Source: Candidatus Kapaibacterium sp. (lineage in GTDB: Bacteria; Bacteroidota; Ignavibacteria; Kapaibacteriales; UBA2268). From it: DNA of 64,000 nucleotides. Shown piece after piece: positions 20,283 to 31,174 of this stretch; positions within the stretch are counted from its first letter, which is position 1, and each line of letters opens with the position of its first letter. The notes beneath the pieces are model-generated. The model made no database searches and was not told the origin of the DNA. It saw only the letters and a list, made by a program, of their open reading frames with translations. The DNA is taken from NCBI GenBank assembly GCA_963665665.1, contig OY762428.1:3264001-3328000 (forward strand), written 5' to 3'. A program made the translations under genes and the position numbers.

Positions 20283-22373
20283 ATGAAAACAAGAAATATT
20301 ACTCTATTATTGATTCTTACCCTGGTTTTCGCTTGTTCGGATTATTCCGGAGATGATATAACTTTTGAAACTGATAAAGATAACTTTCCGGGAAAGCTTA
20401 TTATAAACTATCCGTTAGATAAAACGATCTTTCCCCCGGAGCTGCCCTCCCCGGAAATAAATTGGGATGAAACCGGCGGTTCTGAAAGCTGGACTTTAAA
20501 AGTTGTTTCAGAAAACAATTCGGTATTGTTCGAATCCGTTACGGATACAAATAGTTTCAGGATACCCGCAGAGAAATGGGCAGTGATAAAATCCGAATTG
20601 GTGGGTAAACCGGCAAAGATAATTATTCTTGGTACTGAAAATGCTAAGCCTGATAAAATTATATCCGGAAGCGTTGCGGAAATATCTATATCAAAAGATT
20701 CTGTCGGAGCATCTGTATTCTACAGAACCGTCCCTCTGCCATTTTCATTTGCGGTCAATCATCAGGAACTGATACAATGGCGGCTGGCTGATATATCAGC
20801 CGGTACGGAACCGGATATTGTAATGCAAAGGCTTCCTGTTTGCGGAAATTGCCATTCGTTCACTCCGGACGGCAGCAAATTGGGAATGGATATTGACTAT
20901 GCAAATGATAAGGGATCCTATTATATTGCCCGAACAAAGAAAGACATGACAATTACGGATAAAGACATTATAAGCTGGAGCGACTACCGTAAGGAAGATG
21001 GCGAGAAAACTTTCGGACTGCTTTCGCAAATATCACCGGATGGAAAATATGCGGTCAGCACAGTAAAGGACAGGTCGATTTTTGTTCCGGTGGATAATTT
21101 GGAATATTCTCAGTTGTTTTTCCCAATTCGTGGTATCCTGGCATATTATGATCTTGAAGGCAATAAGTTTGCTTCGCTGAAAGGTGCCGATGATCCCGAT
21201 TTTGTTCAAAGCAGCCCTGCATGGACACCTGACGGAAAAACAATTGTATTTGCAAAAGCGCCTGTATATTATTCTGAAGCAGCAGAAAAATCAAAAAAAG
21301 CAGTATTGCCTACAAATGCGGCAAAGGAATTCCTTAGCGGGGAAAAGAAGTTCAAGTACGACTTGTATGCTGTACCATTCAATAATGGCAAAGGCGGCAA
21401 CGCAAAGCCGATTACAGGGGCTTCCGCTAACGGCATGAGCAATTTTTTTCCTAAATTTTCTCCTGACGGCAAATGGATGGTATTCTGCCAGGCAGAAAGT
21501 TTTATGCTGCTCCAGGGAGATTCCAGGCTGTTTATTTTGCCTGCTTCCGATATTCATAATAAAAATGCCAAACCCCGGCTAATGAACTGCAATATGGAGA
21601 AAATGAACTCCTGGCATTCATGGTCGCCAAACAGCAGGTGGCTGGTTTTCTCTTCCAAGGAAAATGGTGCACATACAGGCCTTTACCTTACTCATATTGA
21701 CGAGAATGGGATCGATTCCCCGCCTGTATTTTTAGAGTACCTGACAATACCCGGTATGGCTGCCAATATTCCTGAGTTTGTCAATATTCCTTCAGACGGT
21801 ATTAATAATATCAAACCTGATTATATTCAATACGATCGATATACTGCCCTTAGAGCTGCTTTGAAAGGCAATAGGGGGGATATCCCTGGTGCTTTAAGGG
21901 AATTTAAAGAAGCTATCGGCAACGAACCTGATAATCCGGAATATTACCACAAACTTGCACTTGCACAAATGGAGATAAGGGCTTTCAACAAAGCACTTGA
22001 AAACCTGAACAAAGCAATTAAACTTGGCTGCTCCGACGAGGAAGTATATTATCTGAAAGGCTATATTCTGAACGAACAGGAAAAATACACAGATGCCATT
22101 GAAGTTTTTGACACCCTGCTCGGGAAAAAACCCAAACACCTGATGGCCAACTATGAGAAGGGGCTTTCTTTATATTACCTGGAACGATACAGCGAAGCTG
22201 TGCCCTTATTCAGCAATGCTATAAAACTTAGCCCTAAGGGCGCTATGGCTTGGTACATGCGGGGCATTTCGCTCATACAGATCGGAGATGGCAATTACTG
22301 CACTGACCTGCAAAAATCTCTTGATCTTGGATTTGCCGGGGCAAAAGAAGCTATCGACGAATACTGTAAGTAA
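20283..22373 (+). CDS. Lipoprotein with TolB-like PD40 beta-propeller and C-terminal TPRs
   Basis: Lipobox LVFAC; repeats SPDGK/TPDGK/SPNSRW; TPR helices; one CGNCH motif. Confidence 0.85.
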   Translation: MKTRNITLLLILTLVFACSDYSGDDITFETDKDNFPGKLIINYPLDKTIFPPELPSPEINWDETGGSESWTLKVVSENNSVLFESVTDTNSFRIPAEKWAVIKSELVGKPAKIIILGTENAKPDKIISGSVAEISISKDSVGASVFYRTVPLPFSFAVNHQELIQWRLADISAGTEPDIVMQRLPVCGNCHSFTPDGSKLGMDIDYANDKGSYYIARTKKDMTITDKDIISWSDYRKEDGEKTFGLLSQISPDGKYAVSTVKDRSIFVPVDNLEYSQLFFPIRGILAYYDLEGNKFASLKGADDPDFVQSSPAWTPDGKTIVFAKAPVYYSEAAEKSKKAVLPTNAAKEFLSGEKKFKYDLYAVPFNNGKGGNAKPITGASANGMSNFFPKFSPDGKWMVFCQAESFMLLQGDSRLFILPASDIHNKNAKPRLMNCNMEKMNSWHSWSPNSRWLVFSSKENGAHTGLYLTHIDENGIDSPPVFLEYLTIPGMAANIPEFVNIPSDGINNIKPDYIQYDRYTALRAALKGNRGDIPGALREFKEAIGNEPDNPEYYHKLALAQMEIRAFNKALENLNKAIKLGCSDEEVYYLKGYILNEQEKYTDAIEVFDTLLGKKPKHLMANYEKGLSLYYLERYSEAVPLFSNAIKLSPKGAMAWYMRGISLIQIGDGNYCTDLQKSLDLGFAGAKEAIDEYCK

Positions 22374-22664
22374 GGTTAATTTGACCGTTAGAAAATTAAT
22401 TGAAATTTTTGAGATCAGGAATCCTCGTGATCATTATCATCGCAGTTTTGTTAATTCAGATTTTGGCATATATTCCTTTTCAAAATACATGTATTATGAA
22501 ACTCTGTTACAGGCAGTGCATAGAAAAGACATTTGCCTTCCCGGTTAAAAAAAAGTCCGGTATTTCTGCTAATATGATTACAATTAACCCTGATCCAAGT
22601 GCAAAGCAAAAAAAACATCTTCCTGCAAATTGCTGGAAGATGTTCAAATATTGTTAGTTATAAA

Positions 22665-23690
22665 TTATTTGCTTTGTTTCAGCCTGGCTGCAAGGGGAAA
22701 TATGGTACTGGAAATTGATTGTCCCATATCAGACAGTGGTACCAATTTGTGGTTAATGCCACTTTGTATCACTGTGTTTGGCATGGACGGAGCAACAGCA
22801 GTATTCGGATCCTGAACGATTACCGTTCCGTTTACGGATGCTATCTGAACAGCTCCCTGGGCACCGTCGCGTCCGAGCCCTGTCATTACCACGCCAATAC
22901 AGTATTTACCAAATGCATCAGCTGCGGAACGGAAAAGAGGGTCTGCTGCGGGCCTTACAAAGTTTTCCTTGGGGCCGTCATCCAGTTTGAGAGTATAGTT
23001 CTTAGGATCAATTCTCATGTGTTTATCCCCGGGGGCAATATAAATATTGCCGGGTTCTGACTGCATGCCGTGGGCACCAATATGGACTTTAAAATTCGAT
23101 TCTTTCTGTAGCCTTTGCGAGAAAGTTTCCAGCATCCAGGGCGGCCCGTGTTGTACTATATAGAACGCAGCATTAAGGTTTGACTGGATTTTCTGGAATG
23201 TTTCAATTAATGTGGGCGGCCCGCCTGTACTTGTTGCAATGGCAACACCTACAAAATCGGGATTAACATCTACATCCCTTGTCAGTACATGTTTATGTTT
23301 AACAGGTGCTTCCTGAATCTTTTTGGACAGGCCGTCTTTCACGCGGGTCAGCATGTCGTCAAGATTTATGGGTTTGGATATGAAATCATCAGCTCCTGAT
23401 TCAAGTGCGTAGGATCTGGCACCTTCGGAAACCAGAGCAGTTATCATAATTATCAGGGGTATATGTTCAATTTTTTCCCTGACTTTACGAATGAGCTCAA
23501 TACCGTCTATCTGGGGCATCATCCAGTCGGTTAGCAATGCGTCAAAGTGGTCGTTCTCCATTAATTTAAGGGCATCTGCACCGCTATGAGCTGCCACAAC
23601 TGAATATCCTGCCTTGGTAAGAATTCTCTTAAGCAGGATGGTATTAGTCATCTCGTCGTCAACAACAATTATTTTTTTTAAGTCTTCCAT
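22665..23690 (-). CDS. cheB: Receiver domain fused to CheB-type methylesterase
   Basis: VVDD...LTDWMMP...KP receiver. Methylesterase triad motifs STGGP, QHG, GRDG, plus VRPAADPLF. Confidence 0.85.
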   Translation of the reverse strand: MEDLKKIIVVDDEMTNTILLKRILTKAGYSVVAAHSGADALKLMENDHFDALLTDWMMPQIDGIELIRKVREKIEHIPLIIMITALVSEGARSYALESGADDFISKPINLDDMLTRVKDGLSKKIQEAPVKHKHVLTRDVDVNPDFVGVAIATSTGGPPTLIETFQKIQSNLNAAFYIVQHGPPWMLETFSQRLQKESNFKVHIGAHGMQSEPGNIYIAPGDKHMRIDPKNYTLKLDDGPKENFVRPAADPLFRSAADAFGKYCIGVVMTGLGRDGAQGAVQIASVNGTVIVQDPNTAVAPSMPNTVIQSGINHKLVPLSDMGQSISSTIFPLAARLKQSK

Positions 23691-23803
23691 AGGTGTCGGT
23701 TCGGTTTTATTTTTTTTTAACAAAAAATGGTAATCCCATTATCGCTCTTGTTATAATATAATAAAAATCCTGTTTTTTTTTAAACAATTCTTTCCTAAAT
23801 AAC

Positions 23804-23835
23804 AAAAAAGGCCGTGAAAAATTACATTCACGGCC
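23804..23835 (-). terminator. Intrinsic terminator downstream of the M16 pair
   Basis: AAAAAA-GGCCGTGAA...TTCACGGCC. Confidence 0.7.
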
Positions 23836-23853
23836 AGAAATTGTTGAAAAGAA

Positions 23854-25929
23854 TTATTTTTGTTCAGGAACGAAAGTATTATCGTCAATTTCCTGGTTCA
23901 ATTTGTAGCTCAGATTCATAGTAATAGTAAATCTCGGGTTAATCACTTTAATTATTGTCGGTAAAGTGAAATCGCCGAAATCCTTAAATCCGGAAAATTC
24001 CCTGATAGTATTCACTGTGATACCCTGTTGCGTTGTTTTGGTTTCAATTTTTTTAACAAGATAGTCATCGTTGAAATGAATAATATTCTCTTCTTTCCAG
24101 GGGGATACGGCTTTCATAATCGTTACATCGCCCTTCCTGCCAAGAACGGTGCATTCAAACCCGGCTTTGATCATATCCGCAATCGGGAAATATGCTTTCT
24201 CCCAAACAGCCCTTTTCAGTTCATCGCCTTCCTGCTTTTTAAAGCTGCCCATGGCCTCTATCCAGGATTCTGTATCATTTGTCCAGGTTTCCTGCTTTAT
24301 CATTCCAAAATCCATAAGGCTGTAATATTTATTGCCTGATTTCTTAATATCTTTGAAAGTCCCGTCCATATTCATTCCGGAGCCTGTTATCATCGAGGCT
24401 TTTCCTTCTGCTATAAGTGATTTCAGTTCTTTAATATCATCTTCATCTGCAACTGCATCAACATAATTTTCGAGCAGTTCGGCGGGAGTAAGAGAAGTTT
24501 TTTCCAAAGCGGCATTCTCTCCGCTGATCGATTCCATATCTAAATTGTAACTATATACCTGTCCGAGTTTTTCAAGTTGTTTTTTAACTGACGGATCACC
24601 GACTACAACAAAGTATGCTTTTGTAGGAACAATATATTGCTTTGAAATATCCATAACCTGGTGGGCTGATATATTCATCAGCTCGTCAGCGTATTCTTTT
24701 ACTTTTTTTATCGGAATTTCCATAAGCCAGGCATTCTGAATAAGGCCGGAAATAAAGGATGAATTTTCGAGCGACATATTATATTTGCCTCTCTCGTATT
24801 TTTTAATCCTGTTTATCTCTTCATCATCAGCCGGCTGCATTGTCAGGCGCATCAATTCGTTTTTCATCACAATAATGGCTGAATCAGTAACAGAATTCCT
24901 GACATCTGCTCCGCAAACGAACCTGTTCGCGCTTTTTGTTGATGTAACATAGCCGTAAGGGCTGTAAGTATATGAATGGGTTTCGCGAAGTGTGCGAACC
25001 AGCCTGGAGCCAAATCCACCGCCCATAACTGCTGCTGCAAGATCGAGCTGCATATAGTCATCATCGGAATATATCGGTGCAGGTGCTGCAAACATTACCG
25101 TTGACTGAACTGCTCCGGGACGTTCCACGAAATAAATTCCGATCGGGAGGGGCTGAGGCCTCGGAACCCTGATACCCGGTTTGTCTCCTTTTTCCCATTT
25201 GCCGAATATCTCATCAATTTTTATTCGAATCCCGGAAGGGTCAACATCTCCGATAATCGCAAGTGAAGCATTATTTGGGTTAAAAAACCTTTTGTAATGC
25301 TCCATAAGTTTCTTGCGGGTTATTTTATTGATACTTTTTTCGGTTTCAAATGCAGCGTAGGGATGGTTATTGCCATATACCGCTATTCTCGCCATTTTGG
25401 AAGCAAGCTCGGTACTTTGTGATTTCGAATACTCAATTCCTGCAATGGCCTGCTTTTTCATTTTTTCAATTTCTTCTTCGGGAAATTTTGGGTTTGTTAT
25501 CACCTGGTAAAGCATTTCAAGGATTAAATCTATATGCTTTTTCAAGCCTGATGCAGAAACTTTTACGTAATCTGCCGATGAAGAAACTGACAATGAAGCA
25601 CCAATACCGTCAATTTTGTTTGCAATATCATAAGCGCTGTATTTACCGGCTCCTTTTGTCATTAGCGAGGCCATCATGCTTGTAATTCCTGGGAGGTCAC
25701 CATCCTGGGATTCTCCGCCTGGGATCATTAATGAGAAACTAACAACCGGCTGCTCGTGATCTTCGATAATGAATAGTTTTAACTCATTCTTCAGTTCGGT
25801 TTCAAAATATTCCGGAAATAAGAATTCCTTTTCCGGCATTGGCTCCGGTTTTACCGAAACATCAATTTTTTCGGAAAAGGCTGTTCCGAAAATTGCCATG
25901 AATATTATTAAAATTGATATTTTTTTCAT
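23854..25929 (-). CDS. M16 (pitrilysin-family) peptidase, non-catalytic subunit with C-terminal extension
   Basis: Signal peptide; lacks HxxEH; SRLVRTLRETHSYTY motif. Confidence 0.85.
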   Translation of the reverse strand: MKKISILIIFMAIFGTAFSEKIDVSVKPEPMPEKEFLFPEYFETELKNELKLFIIEDHEQPVVSFSLMIPGGESQDGDLPGITSMMASLMTKGAGKYSAYDIANKIDGIGASLSVSSSADYVKVSASGLKKHIDLILEMLYQVITNPKFPEEEIEKMKKQAIAGIEYSKSQSTELASKMARIAVYGNNHPYAAFETEKSINKITRKKLMEHYKRFFNPNNASLAIIGDVDPSGIRIKIDEIFGKWEKGDKPGIRVPRPQPLPIGIYFVERPGAVQSTVMFAAPAPIYSDDDYMQLDLAAAVMGGGFGSRLVRTLRETHSYTYSPYGYVTSTKSANRFVCGADVRNSVTDSAIIVMKNELMRLTMQPADDEEINRIKKYERGKYNMSLENSSFISGLIQNAWLMEIPIKKVKEYADELMNISAHQVMDISKQYIVPTKAYFVVVGDPSVKKQLEKLGQVYSYNLDMESISGENAALEKTSLTPAELLENYVDAVADEDDIKELKSLIAEGKASMITGSGMNMDGTFKDIKKSGNKYYSLMDFGMIKQETWTNDTESWIEAMGSFKKQEGDELKRAVWEKAYFPIADMIKAGFECTVLGRKGDVTIMKAVSPWKEENIIHFNDDYLVKKIETKTTQQGITVNTIREFSGFKDFGDFTLPTIIKVINPRFTITMNLSYKLNQEIDDNTFVPEQK

Positions 25930-25959
25930 TTTATTACCTGGAATTATTTGTTTACAATA

Positions 25960-27300
25960 TTAATTTTTCTTTGGAACATAGTTCAGAACAACCTTGTTTC
26001 CGTCTTTGAAATACTTTTTGGCAATCCTGATCAAATCGGATTTTTTAATATTTTTATATTTTTCAATCTCTGTATTTATCATACCCGGTTGGCCAAAATA
26101 ACTGTTGTATTTAGCAAGTGTTTTAGCTTTTTCAAGAACATTGGTTTTGCCGCTGACAAATCCTGCTTCCTTAATATTTTTTGCTTTCAGGAATTCCTCT
26201 TCGCTGATTCCTTCTGTAACAAGTTTATCAATTTCATCGTAAACAATACTTTCCAGATTGCTCAGGCTCTGCCCCGGTGATGCTATGGCATAGAAAATCA
26301 CTGCGCCGCCATACTGAAGATCGAGCGGGAATAATGCGGCCTGTACTGCAGCCTGCTCCTTATCGACGAGCCTGCGATAAAGCCTGGAACTTTCACCACT
26401 GGCAAATATGTCCAGCAATAAGGACATAGCATAATAATTAGAATCCAGCATTGAGGGCGCCCTGAAACCAATGAACATTCCCGGCAGCTGAGCTTTTTCA
26501 TCAATAATTTCTTTTTTAACATCCTCTTTCATCGGTTTAACAGGTATTGGTTTCCTGACTGGTTCCTTGCCTTTGGGGTAGATATTGAAATAATCTTCGA
26601 CCAATTCCCTGGCTTCTTCGATATCAATATCTCCGGAAACAACAAGAGTAGCATTATTCGGCTGGTAGAAGTTATCATAAAATTCTTTAAAATCAGAAAT
26701 CTTAGCTTTTGCGATATGTTCAGCCGAGCCAATCACCGACCAGGAATATGATGAACCCGGGAAAAGGTTTTCGCATATATTATTCAGTAATGTGCCGTAG
26801 GGTGAATTTTCGGTTCTCATTTTCAATTCTTCAAGAACAACTCCGCGCTGTGTTTCCACGCCTATTTCATCAACATGAAGTTTTCTCATCCTCTGAGATT
26901 CAATCCATAGAGCCAGTTTCAATTCATTAGCAGGCAGTTTCAGGAAATATACTGTCTGATCGAATGAAGTTGCAGCGTTAAGAGTGCCGCTGGCTTCTTC
27001 CACGTATTTGTCAAGTGATGCACGGGGAATATTATCAGTTGCTTCAAACATCAGGTGTTCAAAAAAATGTGCGTAGCCTGTTTTCTGCGGGTTTTCGTCA
27101 TGCGACCCAACGCGATAGTGAACTACCGTGGCCACTACCGGAGCACTTTTATCAACATGATAGATTACCTGCAATCCGTTGTCCAGCGTATCCATTTCAA
27201 ATTTTATGGGGTTGAAATCCTTTGCCCCTGCCGAAATTCCTGATACTAACAGCATCATGGCTGCAAATAATATCAGTTGATATGCTTTCTTGTTGAACAT
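25960..27300 (-). CDS. M16 peptidase, catalytic subunit
   Basis: Signal peptide; TLDNGL, GYAHFFEHLMFE, NAATSFD, YQPNNA. Confidence 0.92.
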   Translation of the reverse strand: MFNKKAYQLILFAAMMLLVSGISAGAKDFNPIKFEMDTLDNGLQVIYHVDKSAPVVATVVHYRVGSHDENPQKTGYAHFFEHLMFEATDNIPRASLDKYVEEASGTLNAATSFDQTVYFLKLPANELKLALWIESQRMRKLHVDEIGVETQRGVVLEELKMRTENSPYGTLLNNICENLFPGSSYSWSVIGSAEHIAKAKISDFKEFYDNFYQPNNATLVVSGDIDIEEARELVEDYFNIYPKGKEPVRKPIPVKPMKEDVKKEIIDEKAQLPGMFIGFRAPSMLDSNYYAMSLLLDIFASGESSRLYRRLVDKEQAAVQAALFPLDLQYGGAVIFYAIASPGQSLSNLESIVYDEIDKLVTEGISEEEFLKAKNIKEAGFVSGKTNVLEKAKTLAKYNSYFGQPGMINTEIEKYKNIKKSDLIRIAKKYFKDGNKVVLNYVPKKN

Positions 27301-27466
27301 ATTTAAAATCCTTTATTTTACAATAATATAGTTTATCAATCCACACCTGAATTAATACGAATTATCTGTCAAATTGTTATTTTTAGTGAATTTTTTTGTA
27401 ATTCCAGACATCCTGAATCCAAGTAATAATTTAAGTCGCGTTTTTTTTTATTCCAATACAGTTTTC

Positions 27467-27554
27467 GACCCCTCCCAAACACACACAGTGCGGAACCCTC
27501 CGGATGGGGAGGGCTTTGCAATAAGCCCCTCATTCGGAGGGGTTTGGGGAGGTC
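27467..27554. repeat. REP-like nested palindrome
   Basis: Outer arms GACCCCTCCCAAAC / GTTTGGGGAGGTC. Inner arms AACCCTCCGGATGGGGAGGGCT / AGCCCCTCATTCGGAGGGGTT. GC-rich patch in an AT-rich intergenic region. Confidence 0.7.
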
Positions 27555-27710
27555 AAGCAAAATAGTATTTCATAGTTTGATATTTATATATGACAAAATT
27601 GTTAATAAATACGGCATATTAATTTACTCAGTTATTTTTCTAACTCTTTGATATTTCGTTCACGGGTAAGAGTTCTGAATTCAATTTTCTATTGCGATAT
27701 CACAATTATA

Positions 27711-29360
27711 CTATGCTTTTTTCCTTTTAAAGAAACCGGCAACTATCAGCATAATTGTTATGGCCAGGCTGATATATGGCAGCCAGTCGCCGTGCTGCAC
27801 GTAAAAAGTTTTTTCATCTATTAGCGGAACAGACATCGCAATGGCTGTTTTCGTATATTGAGGCGCCCGGTAAATTGATTGTCCGAGTGGAGTAATAAAA
27901 CCGCTGACCCCCGTGTTTGCACACCTCGCAATATAACGTTTGCTTTCAATTGCCCTCATTGCTGCAATCTGGTAGTGCTGTTCGGGCCCGGGAGTATAAT
28001 CATACCAGGCATCATTAGTTATAACAGTTAAAACCCGGGCATCAAGCCTTGCAAAATTTCTGCAAAATTCCGGATAAATGGATTCTATGCAAATAATTGT
28101 ACCGATTTTTGCCTGTTTTCCGTGAGCCTGTATTGTCATGATATGCTGATCCTGACCTACCTGCCATCCTGATATTCCTACGCCCCATTCCATCCAGTCC
28201 ATAGCAAAGGAGAAAATATCAGCGAAAGGAAATCTCTCGCCCATGGGGGTTAGTTTCATTTTGTGATAGATTTGCGGGTTCAAAGTGTCATAGGGTGCCG
28301 GATTGAGCAGGAGGGAGGCATTGAAATTATCATATCTCTGTTCCGGGTCGCGGTCCAGTTTTTTTGCCGAGGGCGGTATATCATCGCCAGGTTGATAGAA
28401 ATATGTATCAGCAAATCCTGTTATCAATGCTGTTTCGCTGCTGTCCACCCATTTCTGCAGAAAATAAAAATTATGATATTGGTTAAAACCCGGTCCAATA
28501 TATGAAGTTGCAGTTTCGCTCCATATTCCCACATCTATCATCATTTCCGATGCAATTGAATCCTGTATTTGCTTGTGCAGTTCTATCTGTTCACGTGGAT
28601 TGATCTCCCATTTTCGCCAGGGATTTATGTTTGGCTGAATAACAGCCATGTTTATTAATTCATTGTTTTCAATCAGTTTCGAGTGTTCGTAACGGTTTAC
28701 GGTAATTAATCCGTATATTAGCGGAATAACTGCTATGGCAGCAATCCCGATCCAGTATTTTATAGCAGCTTTTGAAATAAAAATATTTTTAATGGTAGGT
28801 TCAATTCCCGATTCCCTGACCTTCAGGATTACTTTAAGGATCAGTACATTTACCATTGCAATAAGGAATGACAGCAGGTAAACACCCCCTATATCAGCTA
28901 TTTGATTCCACCATGTATGATATATCTGCGAGTAACCGAGATTCAGCCAGGGATAGGATAATTCGCCGAGGCTGTGGAACCACTCGAAAGCCGTCCAGAT
29001 GAAAGGGAAAACCCAGAGCGCTTTGGAAACTCCGAACCGGCGCTTAATAAATAAGAATATTACTATTGGTATCATAAAGAAAAAGGGGTGTACAAGCCCG
29101 GTTGCAATTCCACCGGCAAGCAGAAACGGATCGGTTTCCGATTGCCAGCTGCTTATCCACCAGTTAGTTCCGACATGATAAATATAAAATACAACATAGG
29201 AAAATAAAACCGGCCTTTTGGGCCCTTCGTTATCTGTCAGGGAAAACAGGTATGGTACGAGTGCGGCAAAGGCCAATACTCCGAACGGCATGGGAGGAAA
29301 AGCAAGAACGAGCATTACGCCGCTTAATAAGCCGTAGAACCAAATTTTCTTCTGTGTCAA
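27711..29360 (-). CDS. lnt: Apolipoprotein N-acyltransferase
   Basis: TM N-terminus, YPWLNLGYSQ, IQPNI, WSE, YHKMKLTPMGE, ICIES, TNDAWY, RAIE, ARCANTGVS. Confidence 0.95.
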   Translation of the reverse strand: MTQKKIWFYGLLSGVMLVLAFPPMPFGVLAFAALVPYLFSLTDNEGPKRPVLFSYVVFYIYHVGTNWWISSWQSETDPFLLAGGIATGLVHPFFFMIPIVIFLFIKRRFGVSKALWVFPFIWTAFEWFHSLGELSYPWLNLGYSQIYHTWWNQIADIGGVYLLSFLIAMVNVLILKVILKVRESGIEPTIKNIFISKAAIKYWIGIAAIAVIPLIYGLITVNRYEHSKLIENNELINMAVIQPNINPWRKWEINPREQIELHKQIQDSIASEMMIDVGIWSETATSYIGPGFNQYHNFYFLQKWVDSSETALITGFADTYFYQPGDDIPPSAKKLDRDPEQRYDNFNASLLLNPAPYDTLNPQIYHKMKLTPMGERFPFADIFSFAMDWMEWGVGISGWQVGQDQHIMTIQAHGKQAKIGTIICIESIYPEFCRNFARLDARVLTVITNDAWYDYTPGPEQHYQIAAMRAIESKRYIARCANTGVSGFITPLGQSIYRAPQYTKTAIAMSVPLIDEKTFYVQHGDWLPYISLAITIMLIVAGFFKRKKA

Positions 29361-29528
29361 ATCTTCATTCCCGAAATAATTTTTCTTTCAAAAATAAGAT
29401 TTTTTATACTGTCAGGCTAACATTTATTCGTGAGAAACAAATTTCAAGTGCCTGTTGAAATAAAATTTGACAGACTTACTATCACAATAAAGCCGGAGGG
29501 TAATTCCCAGGTTATTTTTTTTCGGGAT

Positions 29529-30461
29529 TTACTCCGGAATTGCAATTTCATAGGGTTTGCCGCTTAGCGGCTGGCGAAGATTTTTCTTTAATATCCAGGG
29601 GTTAAGAAGTTTCACGTTTTTATAGCTTGTACCGTGCTTCTCTGCCCAGTCAGCAAGATCAGGAATAGAACTGTTCCATATAATTATTTTTACTTTCCTT
29701 GGATGATACCTGTCTTCATCCTTAACTATGAAACCATACTTTTCAGCATTTTTCATTATTTCCTTTATAATGGCAATCCTGAAAAGGAACCTCGATGTTT
29801 CGGAATTCAGATACAGATCAAAATAGTCGTCGCCTTCCTGGTGTTTCAGGTGCTTCCTGACGTTCCCGTGCCCCATATTGTATCCTGCGGCTGTAAGCGA
29901 CCATGAACCAAGAGATTTGTATCCCTGCTTCAGATATTTCATTGCAGCTTTTGTACTTTTTTCAGGATGCCTTCTTTCATCCACATAATTACTTACATGC
30001 AGGCCCATAAGCCTGGCTGTACTTTTCATGAACTGCCACAAGCCCACTGCTCCTGCGTGAGACCGTGCCTGGTACAACGCACTTTCGGCGACAGATAAGT
30101 ATTTCAGGTCGTCGGGCATATTATTTTCCTTGATGATCCTTTCGTACATTGGGAAGTATCTTGCCGATCTTTTCAGGTAAAGGATTATCTGCCCCGGCTG
30201 CTGAAGCAGAAGATAGAATTCCCTCTCGGCTCTTTCCCTGACTTCCGGAATATCCAACGGTACAGGCTCTCCGCAGAAATCCATTTTTTCCGGTAATTTC
30301 AGTGAGCTCAGGAATTCAAAATGTGCTTTCATATCTGCCGGAATTGCCGTTGTTTCCTGGCAATTACCTGTTTCGGTCTGCTGACTACACGATGCAAATA
30401 ATATCAGAATCAAACATAATTTGTTTATTTTGCCTTTGAATATTTTTTTAGTCATTTTCAT
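29529..30461 (-). CDS. Lytic transglycosylase (SLT domain, MltD-like) lipoprotein
   Basis: LSVAESAL, AGAVGLWQFM, DERRH, AAGYNMG, ETSRF. Lipobox FASC. Start uncertain (30485, 30461 or 30455). Confidence 0.88.
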   Translation of the reverse strand: MKMTKKIFKGKINKLCLILILFASCSQQTETGNCQETTAIPADMKAHFEFLSSLKLPEKMDFCGEPVPLDIPEVRERAEREFYLLLQQPGQIILYLKRSARYFPMYERIIKENNMPDDLKYLSVAESALYQARSHAGAVGLWQFMKSTARLMGLHVSNYVDERRHPEKSTKAAMKYLKQGYKSLGSWSLTAAGYNMGHGNVRKHLKHQEGDDYFDLYLNSETSRFLFRIAIIKEIMKNAEKYGFIVKDEDRYHPRKVKIIIWNSSIPDLADWAEKHGTSYKNVKLLNPWILKKNLRQPLSGKPYEIAIPE

Positions 30462-30462
30462 T

Positions 30463-31104
30463 TTACTTCCCTTTATGATCTTCAATATTAATTACATTAT
30501 CAGCGAGGCTTATTTCCCGGTCATCATTTCCGGCAATAACAACGAGTCCGTTCTGCCCGATGTGGGCGGAAATATAATCCTTTACTGCCTGGAAGCCTTT
30601 TTTGTCCAGATTGGTTGAAGGTTCGTCGAGCATCAGTACCGGCGGCTGGTGATAAAGAGATATGATGTATTTCATCCTTTGCTTCATACCAGAGGAAAAG
30701 GTTCTTACAAGCCTTGAGCGGTTTTCATAAAGGCCGAAGAATTCCAGCAGGAAGCGGGCTCTTTTTTTATCGAATCCCAGCCCCCGAATCTCAGCCATTA
30801 TTTTTGTAAGTTCAACCGGTGTGAATTCCTCGTACAAATTGAAATAAGGAGAAACAAACCCAATATGGCGTTTCCATTCCCCCCCGGGTATTTCAATATC
30901 ATCGGCCATGTATGTGATTTTGCCTGCCGTAGGCTTGATTATACCCGCCATTATCTTCAGCAAGGTGGTTTTACCGCTGCCGTTGGAACCGGTGATACCT
31001 GATATTGAACCGGACCTGAAAACAGAGTTGATATTATGAAATACCACTCCGCTGCCCGCGAATGATCTGGAAACTTCTCGAATATTTACTGTAATTTTTT
31101 TCAT
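30463..31104 (-). CDS. ABC transporter ATP-binding protein (CcmA-like)
   Basis: Walker A GSNGSGKT, signature FSSGMKQR, Walker B LMLDEP. Confidence 0.85.
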   Translation of the reverse strand: MKKITVNIREVSRSFAGSGVVFHNINSVFRSGSISGITGSNGSGKTTLLKIMAGIIKPTAGKITYMADDIEIPGGEWKRHIGFVSPYFNLYEEFTPVELTKIMAEIRGLGFDKKRARFLLEFFGLYENRSRLVRTFSSGMKQRMKYIISLYHQPPVLMLDEPSTNLDKKGFQAVKDYISAHIGQNGLVVIAGNDDREISLADNVINIEDHKGK

Positions 31105-31174
31105 CTCTTTATGCTGTAAAAAAACCGGGTTAAGAACCCGGTTCAATAAAAGAAAAATTTTATAAAATTAAAAG

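Noticed and set aside
22400-22657. 85-aa small membrane protein
   Set aside because: TTG start, no RBS and no recognisable family. It cannot be supported, though it is not excluded.
27369-27565. Two overlapping 63-aa ORFs
   Set aside because: They arise from the GC-rich REP-like palindrome.
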